The notes under the pieces: generated by a model
The model's database searches: none
Told to the model about the DNA's origin: nothing
What the model saw: the letters and a program-made list of their open reading frames with translations, nothing else
Translations under genes and position numbers: made by a program
Shown here: positions 9,293-17,203 of the stretch, in pieces
How the letters are laid out: each line of letters begins with the position of its first letter
Position numbering within the stretch: position 1 is the stretch's first letter
IMG/VR virus record: IMGVR_UViG_3300043418_000072
Location: 62,001 to 126,000 of that record
DNA: 64,000 nucleotides
Strand: one strand, 5' to 3'

Positions 9293-10393
9293 TTACTTGC
9301 CAGAAGCTGCGATGATGTACTTGCCAAAACGCTTGTGGAACTCGTCAAAGTTCGGCATCTTGCCTGGCACCATTGGCAGGTTGTAAGTTGTTAGCGCAAC
9401 TCGGGCACCCATAACAACCAACTCAGTAGTGAAGTTAGCCATCATAAAGCTCAGGAAGTTGTCAGCCTGGGCATGCCAGTCAGCCATCTTGTCCTTGCCC
9501 AACTTCTTGTACGAGTCTTGCAACTCGTAGCACATGCTAATGGTCAGGGAGTACATAGCACTCACTTCCTTAACCTTCAACTCCTTGACCTTGCCGGCCA
9601 AGATGTCAGTTGGGTTAGGCATTTGTCCAGCAACCTTGCGGTGAGCCATGAACTGCACAGCAACGCCTTCGCCAACAGTACCTGCGATCAAGTCCATCAA
9701 CTCTGCGTCAGTTGCTTCTTCGTCATACAAGAAGTCTGACACGAAGCTCCATGTACGTGGAGTAGCAAACGCACGGCTTGAAGACTTTGGATCAAAGTCA
9801 AACAAGAATTGCTTGGCGTAACTCAAGTAACCCACAACGTCCTTGTGAACTTTCTTGCCCACAGCCCAAGTCTGCCAAGACTCGAAGTCTGGACGCACTT
9901 CCAAGTGGACGAAACGGTTAGCCAATGGGCTTGGCATACGGTAGCTCACACCCTTGTCGCTTTCGCGGTTACCAGCAGCCACGATAACAACGTTATCAGG
10001 CAACACATACTTGCCCACTCGACGGTTCAAAATCAGCTGGTAGCCAGCAGCTTGAACAGCAGGAGCAGCAGTGTTCATTTCGTCCAAGAACAGCACAACC
10101 ACAGGGAATTGGCTAGCCAACTCGTCGTCTGGCAGGTCAATTGGGGGAGCCCAATCCATCTTGCCGTTGTCCTTGTTGAAGAAAGGAATACCACGAATGT
10201 CAGTGGGTTCCATCTGGCCCAAACGCAAGTCAATCATGTGACCACCAAGTTCGTCAGTCAGCTCTTGCACGAGCTCGGACTTACCGATACCAGGAGGGCC
10301 CCACATAAACACGGGACGTTTGTTTTTAAATGCTCGCAACACACGGCTACGGGCTTCACCTGGGGTGACTGAACGGGACTCGGTAACTGCCAT
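9293..10393 (-). CDS. MoxR-like AAA+ ATPase
   Basis: Walker A GPPGIGKS, Walker B LFLDE, AAGN, NRF and TPRTW motifs; neighbours a vWA gene. Confidence 0.88.
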   Translation of the reverse strand: MAVTESRSVTPGEARSRVLRAFKNKRPVFMWGPPGIGKSELVQELTDELGGHMIDLRLGQMEPTDIRGIPFFNKDNGKMDWAPPIDLPDDELASQFPVVVLFLDEMNTAAPAVQAAGYQLILNRRVGKYVLPDNVVIVAAGNRESDKGVSYRMPSPLANRFVHLEVRPDFESWQTWAVGKKVHKDVVGYLSYAKQFLFDFDPKSSSRAFATPRTWSFVSDFLYDEEATDAELMDLIAGTVGEGVAVQFMAHRKVAGQMPNPTDILAGKVKELKVKEVSAMYSLTISMCYELQDSYKKLGKDKMADWHAQADNFLSFMMANFTTELVVMGARVALTTYNLPMVPGKMPNFDEFHKRFGKYIIAASGK

Positions 10394-10436
10394 TTTTAAC
10401 TCCTTTGAAATGGACTAACTAACACATTAAAAACTT

Positions 10437-10465
10437 ATTATACAACAAGAGTCTTTTCTTGTCAT
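10437..10465 (-). promoter_or_regulatory. Sigma70-type promoter
   Basis: ATGACA-17 nt-TATAAT upstream of the AAA ATPase. Confidence 0.65.
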
Positions 10466-10471
10466 ATAGTG

Positions 10472-10489
10472 TGTTGCTTTTACACAACA
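10472..10489. promoter_or_regulatory. Palindromic operator-like site TGTTG-N8-CAACA (copy 1)
   Basis: TGTTGCTTTTACACAACA; the same pattern occurs at 10576 and 11409. Confidence 0.5.
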
Positions 10490-10531
10490 CCCTTGAACTT
10501 TGCTAGCAAGTTGTTTTCTTGCTATGAGTGT

Positions 10532-10560
10532 ATTGTAACACTCTTTTCTTTATTGGCAAA
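10532..10560 (-). promoter_or_regulatory. Sigma70-type promoter
   Basis: TTGCCA-16 nt-TACAAT; the spacer closely resembles that of the 8919-8947 promoter. Confidence 0.6.
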
Positions 10561-10575
10561 ACTCTTTTTGCATTG

Positions 10576-10593
10576 TGTTGCAATTAAGCAACA
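10576..10593. promoter_or_regulatory. Palindromic operator-like site TGTTG-N8-CAACA (copy 2)
   Basis: TGTTGCAATTAAGCAACA. Confidence 0.5.
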
Positions 10594-10787
10594 AAGTCAA
10601 ACGCAAACTCTGCAGGAGTCTTGCTAACAATCACACCACCGTTAGTGACGTCGATCAATGCAGTCTCTAGCATGACTGCATCACGTGGTGTGCAAACAAC
10701 AAACAACGTACCGCTAGTGAACGCTGCCGGTGTATCGGTGCCCAGGATGTCAGACACTTTGTTAAGAACACGTTTTTCGAAACTCAT
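10584..10787 (-). CDS. Hypothetical early protein
   Basis: Has its own promoter and a CAGGAG RBS. Confidence 0.7.
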   Translation of the reverse strand: MSFEKRVLNKVSDILGTDTPAAFTSGTLFVVCTPRDAVMLETALIDVTNGGVIVSKTPAEFAFDFVA

Positions 10788-10819
10788 TTAAAACTCCTGT
10801 TTTGCTTTGCTATGTAGTT

Positions 10820-10848
10820 ATTATACCCGATCTTTCATTTCGGGTCAA
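10820..10848 (-). promoter_or_regulatory. Sigma70-type early promoter
   Basis: TTGACC-17 nt-TATAAT followed by a CATAGCAA box. Confidence 0.8.
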
Positions 10849-10861
10849 CCAAAATCTGCAA

Positions 10862-11335
10862 TTATTTGCGGGGTTTTTCGCTGCCAGTGATAATCATGTA
10901 GCCGTAACGCTGGTGGAATTCGTTAAACGTAGTCAAACGGTCCGGGATAATTGCCAACTTCTGATCACGTAAGAGATGCCGTGCAATGTACACTGGAAAA
11001 GCCACCTCTGCAATTACAGGAGGAATCTTGCGCAATTCTGTTTCTAAGGTCTCTCGATCCTTGCCAAACATCGCAACCATTTCATTAACGTCCGACACAT
11101 ACTTTTCTTTGTCTGGATCGGCATAAGGAGAATTTCCGAAGCTAACTGGAGCAGGGAAATTGTTGTGTACAAAAGTATACAGATTGTCCCATGCAGCGCA
11201 AATAGGAGCATTAATCTCAGTACCACGCTCACTGTAGTACCATGTACCAAAGTCACCGTTTGCTGCAATTACTGCATCGTTGACTGCGATGGTGGTGTCC
11301 ATTAATGCCAGTGCGTCTGTGTACTTTTGAAACAT
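10862..11335 (-). CDS. Hypothetical protein whose C-terminus resembles the C-terminus of the AAA ATPase
   Basis: PDRLTTFNEFHQRYGYMII versus PGKMPNFDEFHKRFGKYII in the ATPase. Confidence 0.6.
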   Translation of the reverse strand: MFQKYTDALALMDTTIAVNDAVIAANGDFGTWYYSERGTEINAPICAAWDNLYTFVHNNFPAPVSFGNSPYADPDKEKYVSDVNEMVAMFGKDRETLETELRKIPPVIAEVAFPVYIARHLLRDQKLAIIPDRLTTFNEFHQRYGYMIITGSEKPRK

Positions 11336-11364
11336 GCCAACCTCTGTTTGTTTGCTATGTATCT

Positions 11365-11393
11365 ATTATACCATAATTTGTCATTTCGGACAA
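11365..11393 (-). promoter_or_regulatory. Sigma70-type early promoter
   Basis: TTGTCC-17 nt-TATAAT followed by a CATAGCAA box. Confidence 0.75.
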
Positions 11394-11408
11394 ATCAAGA
11401 CGATAGGC

Positions 11409-11426
11409 TGTTGCAATTACGCAACA
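11409..11426. promoter_or_regulatory. Palindromic operator-like site TGTTG-N8-CAACA (copy 3)
   Basis: GGCTGTTGCAATTACGCAACAGCC. Confidence 0.5.
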
Positions 11427-11448
11427 GCCCAAAACTAATACTTCTGTT

Positions 11449-11904
11449 TTAGAAGTTTAGTTGTAACAGTCCTTCATGATAGTCCATTAGCAAGTTGTAA
11501 CGCTCGCGCAAGTCATACAGCACACCACGGCCCCATTCGTAGTAGTCACTGTTATGTCTAATAGACACTTTGGTCCGAGGGTTGGTAACCTTCCAGCCTG
11601 TGTAGTGCTGTTCAAAGTAGTAAGCGCCAGTGGCAGTTTCCAATTTGAATCGACGGTTGACTGCACGGGCTTGTTCAGCTTTGGTTTTGTTAGCATCATT
11701 CCCAATGGGTTTGACTTGATAACCTTGGACAATCGCGATACGCTGTTTTCGTTCACGGCTAGCTTTAATGCGATCCAGCTTGCCACCAATGCTAACAAGA
11801 TCCTTACCTGACAGCCCCATCAGCGTGGCATAGTTTACCAATGCCCGCACTTGATCCTGCTTGTCTGCTGAGAATCGTTTAAAAATTAGTTCTTCGTCTT
11901 CCAT
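11449..11904 (-). CDS. Hypothetical protein
   Basis: 151 aa ORF abutting the upstream gene. Confidence 0.65.
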   Translation of the reverse strand: MEDEELIFKRFSADKQDQVRALVNYATLMGLSGKDLVSIGGKLDRIKASRERKQRIAIVQGYQVKPIGNDANKTKAEQARAVNRRFKLETATGAYYFEQHYTGWKVTNPRTKVSIRHNSDYYEWGRGVLYDLRERYNLLMDYHEGLLQLNF

Positions 11905-12264
11905 TTAGATCACCTTGGTAATTCCGATGTAGCTGTTTTCGATTTCCCACATAACCCAGTCATGCACGGATTGGTGCTCGATGCGCTCATCAATCCATTC
12001 GTAACGATAGTTATCGGTGCCCACAAACAAGTAGCTGTGGAAATCGCTTTTGATTTTAGTTTCAATTTCGCGGATCAATCGTTCTGGCCCAGACCACAAT
12101 CCTGTAAATTTTACAGGGTGTCCCACATGTCCTTCATATCCGTGAATTCGATTTGACGGGTTGCTTGTAATACCAAGACAGGTCCTAGTGACAATTTGCT
12201 CAGTGACGTCATCAACATAACGATGACGCCAAAGATAGAAGTAATATACCTTTGGCGCTGTCAT
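11905..12264 (-). CDS. GIY-YIG-like nuclease domain protein (tentative)
   Basis: YYFYL...CLGITSNPSNRI..Y followed by a conserved Glu helix (REIE). Confidence 0.4.
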   Translation of the reverse strand: MTAPKVYYFYLWRHRYVDDVTEQIVTRTCLGITSNPSNRIHGYEGHVGHPVKFTGLWSGPERLIREIETKIKSDFHSYLFVGTDNYRYEWIDERIEHQSVHDWVMWEIENSYIGITKVI

Positions 12265-12265
12265 T

Positions 12266-13459
12266 TTAGTACCCTGCGTATTTTTGGCTGTCGGGCACTT
12301 GTGGCAAGCTCAGTTTACCAGCAAACTTAGCAGGATTGTAGTAATCCATTACCAGGATCGGGGTCAAGCAACCGTCGCTCCATGAACGTACCAAGCCGTT
12401 GTCGTCTTGGAACTTTTCCAAGCGTGACTTACAGTCCTTGTGAAAGGATTTGGGAGATCCATACACAGAGCGGAACAGATTGTACAAATCTTGCTCAACC
12501 GCAGGGGTCAATGTCGCTGGTGTCTTGGCAGTTCGAGAAGCGTGATGCAATCGACCAAATGCAAGAATAAAACCACCATCTACGCCCTTTTCAGCAGGGT
12601 AGTACTTGTTGTGCCACGCAAGTGCCCACTCCAGGTCCTGGATAGACTTTTTAAACAACTTCATGTCGGTACCATGTCCTGCAATGGTGTTTAAACCATG
12701 AATGTAAGTTACCATGCCTGGTGTTGCAAGTTGCCCTCGAGCATCACTAGCCTTTGCTGGGAACATGTTGTTCTTTTCCATTGCACACTGGATTGCTTCG
12801 CTTTGTACGTCTTCGTCAAAGTTGCTGGCATATAAACGTACACCGTTAACTCGACTACGATGCAAGTGATACGCATCAATGCCCTTGCGGCCACCACCGT
12901 TAATTTGGCGGAAACCATAGTTACCAACAGCTTCGCCCTGCAAGTCTGTGCCCGGTACTTCCATGTCTTCGTCGAACGCTTTTACTTGCACAAGGAAGTC
13001 GCCGTCGATCAAACCGGCAGTATACAAATGGTAGTACAAGCAGGAAGTTTGTTGACCTTCCCACACACTATAACGACCGTTTGCAAGTTTGGTTGCCATC
13101 ACAGGCATTGCAATACGTGGATCAAATCGTTCAAGCACGTTAGCCTGATGTTCCGCATCCTCGTCGCGCTGAATCTCGATATTGATGTCCAGGTCGCTAA
13201 TTTTAGCCCAGATCAGTTCACCGAAATGTTTGTGGGTGTATTTTTCTCCGCCAAGTCGAATGCGAAGATTGTTTAGTGCTTGCTGCACATGAGAATTGGT
13301 ATGAGCTCGTGCCCCACGTACTGTGAGCGGCTCGTAAATATTTGCTGCGCCTTGAGGCGTCATATTTACATTTTGTTGAATGACCATTGGTGCAAACGGA
13401 TTCGCTCCACGGTTGATTGTGCGTTGCACAGGAGTAGAGACTGGTGCGGCGGTTGCCAT
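12266..13459 (-). CDS. ParB/DGQHR-like domain protein (tentative)
   Basis: IQRD...FDP...YSVWEGQQT resembles the ParB-like (V/I)xDGQH motif. Confidence 0.45.
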   Translation of the reverse strand: MATAAPVSTPVQRTINRGANPFAPMVIQQNVNMTPQGAANIYEPLTVRGARAHTNSHVQQALNNLRIRLGGEKYTHKHFGELIWAKISDLDINIEIQRDEDAEHQANVLERFDPRIAMPVMATKLANGRYSVWEGQQTSCLYYHLYTAGLIDGDFLVQVKAFDEDMEVPGTDLQGEAVGNYGFRQINGGGRKGIDAYHLHRSRVNGVRLYASNFDEDVQSEAIQCAMEKNNMFPAKASDARGQLATPGMVTYIHGLNTIAGHGTDMKLFKKSIQDLEWALAWHNKYYPAEKGVDGGFILAFGRLHHASRTAKTPATLTPAVEQDLYNLFRSVYGSPKSFHKDCKSRLEKFQDDNGLVRSWSDGCLTPILVMDYYNPAKFAGKLSLPQVPDSQKYAGY

Positions 13460-13513
13460 AAGATTTTCCTTTGTATAGAGATTGAATTACCTGTAACTTA
13501 AACAGGTAGTCGA

Positions 13514-13542
13514 ATTATAACGGGAATTTCTTATTGTGTCAA
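13514..13542 (-). promoter_or_regulatory. Consensus sigma70 promoter
   Basis: TTGACA-17 nt-TATAAT, a perfect consensus. An inverted repeat TTACCTGT..ACAGGTAG lies in the leader at 13487-13509. Confidence 0.85.
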
Positions 13543-13555
13543 TTACACTAAAGTA

Positions 13556-13924
13556 TTACATTTGCAGGTTATCTAAATATTGACCCAAATTGCCTGCGTG
13601 TAGCTGCAACATTATAGCATCGCTTTCACCATACAGGAAGATGCTTTTATTGGATTTGATAAAGTAAGGCTCTTTAAACAAGCGCTCTAACTGTAGCATC
13701 TGCTTGCCAGTTACTCCTGTTAGAAGATCAATTTGGTGGGAAGGAAACTTGGAACGCTTAGTGAACCAGGTATGACCAATTGAAGTTAGTCGTAGGCTAC
13801 TGTGGTTCAATGGGTTACGCCACCATAGCTTAGTGACATCCCCGACCATGCTAACCTCAAGGCCGGCAGCAACAACGGCCTTGACGAACCAATCGTGCTG
13901 TGGATTACGGGTAGACTTGGTCAC
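13556..13924 (-). CDS. Hypothetical protein
   Basis: SLRLT..G and FLYGESDAIMLQL motifs. Confidence 0.65.
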   Translation of the reverse strand: MTKSTRNPQHDWFVKAVVAAGLEVSMVGDVTKLWWRNPLNHSSLRLTSIGHTWFTKRSKFPSHQIDLLTGVTGKQMLQLERLFKEPYFIKSNKSIFLYGESDAIMLQLHAGNLGQYLDNLQM

Positions 13925-14192
13925 CGGCTTTTAATAGAACTACTGTAAATTTGTCTGTCTTAAAAAGGGTGTTTAGTTTCTTGGCCAAGTTAATTGCATG
14001 GCCCGGATTGCTAAAAGAATTTTTCCGATACTTCGGCCCTGGGTACGAGATCAAAACATTGCTAGTCTTTAAGTTAATCGGCTGGTTATCATAGAAGACC
14101 GCCCAGATGCCTTCGCTGGCTAATACTTGATCGCTTTTGTAGTTGGTTTTGTTAACGTGTTCTAACAGTACTGTTGGCTTAGGTCTCGACAT
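13905..14192 (-). CDS. Hypothetical phage protein (MSRPKP N-terminus)
   Basis: AAGGA RBS and TAAATA upstream. Confidence 0.75.
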   Translation of the reverse strand: MSRPKPTVLLEHVNKTNYKSDQVLASEGIWAVFYDNQPINLKTSNVLISYPGPKYRKNSFSNPGHAINLAKKLNTLFKTDKFTVVLLKAGDQVYP

Positions 14193-14238
14193 TTCATAGT
14201 TCCTTGATAATAATATTTATCTCAGTAATCTACGTATA

Positions 14239-14457
14239 TTATTTAAAACCACCGCCATCAACACTAATTTGGATAACTTCGTCTGTCACTGCGCCACCTT
14301 GTGCAGATAACTCTGCAACGTTGGCAAGTAATGCGTAGATGTCGTTATGTAAGCTACGTGCTTCCTGTGCAGACAAGACCACTTGCTTGCCATTGGTTTG
14401 GTTTAGTTGCTTTACCCGATCATTGAATGTACGGATAGCCAAGGATAGTTGTTCCAT
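14239..14457 (-). CDS. Hypothetical protein
   Basis: Operon-packed ORF. Confidence 0.65.
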   Translation of the reverse strand: MEQLSLAIRTFNDRVKQLNQTNGKQVVLSAQEARSLHNDIYALLANVAELSAQGGAVTDEVIQISVDGGGFK

Positions 14458-14927
14458 TATGCTTTTAATTCTTTAATTTTATTAGTGGCTTCTGTTTTGG
14501 TTATAAATGGCCCGTGGTGCTCATAGCGACTAACTGTAATGTTCTTGGGGCAAAACTCTGTGATCCAAGTGTTGTTGAATTTAATTGCATAGTGCCCTGC
14601 GCAATATAAACTCTTGCTCTTAGGCTCCTTGCTATAGATAGGCAGCTTGCGCTGAACATCCCATACTTGATTATATGGTTTGCTGGAGCAAGGGAATCCA
14701 TACGCTTCGTGTGTAATCTTTGTTTTAGTTGGCTTAGTGGTATCAAATACAATATTGTACTTTTTGCTAATTAGCTTGATACTTGCAAATTGCTCGCGAG
14801 TATCGTCATGCACGTATGCGTATCCGCCACCCTCTTCAATTGCTTGGATTGTGGCAATTTTAGTACCATCTGATTCCACAATCCAGTACTTGTTTTTAAT
14901 AACTGGCTTTGCTACGATTGTCATCAT
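14457..14927 (-). CDS. Hypothetical protein
   Basis: Operon-packed ORF. Confidence 0.7.
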   Translation of the reverse strand: MMTIVAKPVIKNKYWIVESDGTKIATIQAIEEGGGYAYVHDDTREQFASIKLISKKYNIVFDTTKPTKTKITHEAYGFPCSSKPYNQVWDVQRKLPIYSKEPKSKSLYCAGHYAIKFNNTWITEFCPKNITVSRYEHHGPFITKTEATNKIKELKA

Positions 14928-14929
14928 TC

Positions 14930-15226
14930 TTAATCTTTCTTAAGGCAAGTTAGTGTAATAATCTTACCAATTTCTGAGCCTAAATCTTGGTCATTGGATA
15001 CAATGTGTAGATCCGGAACACGATTGTAACTTGATCTAGGGTTAATGCTAACAATATACCCACCGGTAGCAGGAGTTACACGAATATCAATGCCCTGATC
15101 AAACTCATGCCTTGTACCAGTATCGACACCAGCCATCAGACCTGACCCAGCAATAGCGTAGGGACCACCTGCACCTAATGCACCTAATGTAACGTGATTT
15201 GCAGTGGCCATATTAGCTTGTGACAT
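14930..15226 (-). CDS. Hypothetical protein, paralogue of 15228..15506
   Basis: Shared V..A.GG.IV and (H)I...D.D....(I/V)..I patterns. Confidence 0.6.
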   Translation of the reverse strand: MSQANMATANHVTLGALGAGGPYAIAGSGLMAGVDTGTRHEFDQGIDIRVTPATGGYIVSINPRSSYNRVPDLHIVSNDQDLGSEIGKIITLTCLKKD

Positions 15227-15227
15227 A

Positions 15228-15506
15228 TTAGGCCTTCATCAATTCTACAGACACAATGTCTGCAACATTTTTGGATACATCTTCATCGTCGTGGATAATG
15301 TGATTAACGTAATCGTGACGGTCACGTTGCTTATCGTAAGTGCGGACACACACAATCAACCCACCACGTGCTGCTGATACTGTGAACTGTATTTCACTTG
15401 CTGTCTCAACTCGATTTGCATACTTTGCAGTTGATGCACTAATTGACACAGCCTCGTCGGCTGGGTACAAGAATTGATGTAGTCGATTTCTTAGCCATCT
15501 TTTCAT
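15228..15506 (-). CDS. Hypothetical protein, paralogue of 14930..15226
   Basis: FTVSAARGGLIV...HIIHDDEDVSKNVADIV. Confidence 0.65.
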   Translation of the reverse strand: MKRWLRNRLHQFLYPADEAVSISASTAKYANRVETASEIQFTVSAARGGLIVCVRTYDKQRDRHDYVNHIIHDDEDVSKNVADIVSVELMKA

Positions 15507-15868
15507 TTATTTTCTTCCTCTGTTAGAGCAACAATAACTTTAAGTTTTTCGTATGCTTCGTTGATTGTGTTTACTGCATCCGCTACAGCAGGATGCTTTT
15601 CGGCTAGCCGCTTGATGCTTTCTTCTTCGGCCATCTTTTCTTGTACCCAGTGGATAGCAGATTGTGCTGTCCCAGTTAGCGAAATACTCGGAAAGGCCCC
15701 GCCTACGTGTATCCACGTCGACCCGTCAAATACTTGGAGATCGTTGCCTGTGATGCGCAACATTCCCTGCATTGGGTTGTTTGAATTTTGGCTGATATAC
15801 GGCATAGTAGAATACCCACTATCAACTACAATGCCAGTGCCCCCAGTAACACTCTTAATCATGCACAC
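15503..15868 (-). CDS. Hypothetical protein
   Basis: GMLR...LQVFDGSTW motif and a PAVADA C-terminal helix. Confidence 0.65.
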   Translation of the reverse strand: MCMIKSVTGGTGIVVDSGYSTMPYISQNSNNPMQGMLRITGNDLQVFDGSTWIHVGGAFPSISLTGTAQSAIHWVQEKMAEEESIKRLAEKHPAVADAVNTINEAYEKLKVIVALTEEENK

Positions 15869-16227
15869 ACCATATAAGCTAACAGGATGTAGGTAACTTG
15901 ATGCACCATTTGATCAAGTCCCAAGTGCGCCCAAAACGCAGGAGTTTGAATATCTCTATTGCCCCAGTTCATTTTAGCCCAGTCGGTGTGATAGTGAATC
16001 ACAAAGTCAACTAGTGCGATAACTAGAGCAAAGATCCAATACTCTGCACCAACTACTAGTGCCACTGCAATGTAGGTACCGAGTCCGTGTTTAAGGCTGT
16101 GGCGAATACCTAGCCATTGTCCGTAATGACCTTTGCTGTTAACTTCGTCCATGTCTTGGTTAACAAAGTCGATGTACCAGTGTTTAAGTTGGAACAAGAC
16201 CAGTAGTAATAGTGCAGCTTCAATCAT
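15859..16227 (-). CDS. DUF3307-like membrane protein
   Basis: KH..D, HSLKH, HYHTDWAK and GLDQMVH motifs. Confidence 0.75.
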   Translation of the reverse strand: MIEAALLLLVLFQLKHWYIDFVNQDMDEVNSKGHYGQWLGIRHSLKHGLGTYIAVALVVGAEYWIFALVIALVDFVIHYHTDWAKMNWGNRDIQTPAFWAHLGLDQMVHQVTYILLAYMVCA

Positions 16228-16450
16228 GATTTAGTTTCTCCCACATTAATTCGTTGTCGTGTACGTGTGATACCAATTGCAGGTAACCTTTTGCTAGTGC
16301 AAAATTAACCATGTCTCGAACGTCAGGCGGACATTGGGGCAGGATATGCGCCATTGCGCGGGGGTATATAGAAAACCCGTCTACTAGTGTAAAGTCTGCT
16401 TCGCCTTGCCTAATGGCACGGATAGTGGATTTGTGTTTAGCAAACGTCAT
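16220..16450 (-). CDS. Hypothetical protein
   Basis: Operon-packed ORF. Confidence 0.6.
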   Translation of the reverse strand: MTFAKHKSTIRAIRQGEADFTLVDGFSIYPRAMAHILPQCPPDVRDMVNFALAKGYLQLVSHVHDNELMWEKLNHD

Positions 16451-16677
16451 AGTCCAAATCTCCGATTAATAGCAGACTCTGCGCCTGCGAGAGTGGCTTC
16501 GTATTGGCCTTGATCAAAGTTTGTGCAAATGTGACCACGCTCGCCTTCAGTCAGGGCAGAGATACATTCAGCAATTACTAACCTGGTATACGACTCCATT
16601 TGCGAACGATTCACGCTCGGGTAATGACTGCCACCTGCTTGCAGTGCTAACTCAGTTACTTTAGCCTTGAAATCCAT
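16447..16677 (-). CDS. Hypothetical protein
   Basis: Operon-packed ORF. Confidence 0.6.
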   Translation of the reverse strand: MDFKAKVTELALQAGGSHYPSVNRSQMESYTRLVIAECISALTEGERGHICTNFDQGQYEATLAGAESAINRRFGL

Positions 16678-17203
16678 CTGCGCCCTCTACAACTTCTTCT
16701 GCATGATCGATGGCCAGTTGCAATATTTCTGCAACCATTTCGTTCAATGTAATGTTCTTTGCATGTGCTCGCAACATCAAGTCGTGCAATGTGTCTCGGT
16801 CAAGGTCCAGTGGAATACTAACCATTGTGTCGTATTCTTGCTCTGACATAATAGCAGTCATTTTTTCCACAAAGTCTTCTTCAACTTCGAGATCAACGTA
16901 GTTAACATCATCCCATGCTTGCTTATGTCCTACGTTGCGTACCAATGCTTCTGCGGTGTGCATACGACGAAGATCATCACTGCCAAATAGTCGATAAGCG
17001 CGGTTGTTTTTGTAATCGTAACAAGCAGCTTGATAGACTTCTTGCGTTACTCGATCAAAAATAATTGATGCGCTGTTGCTATCCCATCCACTGATCTGCA
17101 CGTCTAATGCGTAGGCATTTGGACCAAAGCATTGCCATTGGAAATCGCTACCTTCGGTAACACGGTACTGGCCTGCTTCAAGGAATTGTTTTAATGTAAT
17201 CAT
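16661..17203 (-). CDS. Hypothetical protein with possible C-terminal ribbon-helix-helix (start moved to 17203)
   Basis: ATGA overlap with the RNase H stop; C-terminal LM.RAH..NITLNEMV. Confidence 0.6.
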   Translation of the reverse strand: MITLKQFLEAGQYRVTEGSDFQWQCFGPNAYALDVQISGWDSNSASIIFDRVTQEVYQAACYDYKNNRAYRLFGSDDLRRMHTAEALVRNVGHKQAWDDVNYVDLEVEEDFVEKMTAIMSEQEYDTMVSIPLDLDRDTLHDLMLRAHAKNITLNEMVAEILQLAIDHAEEVVEGADGFQG

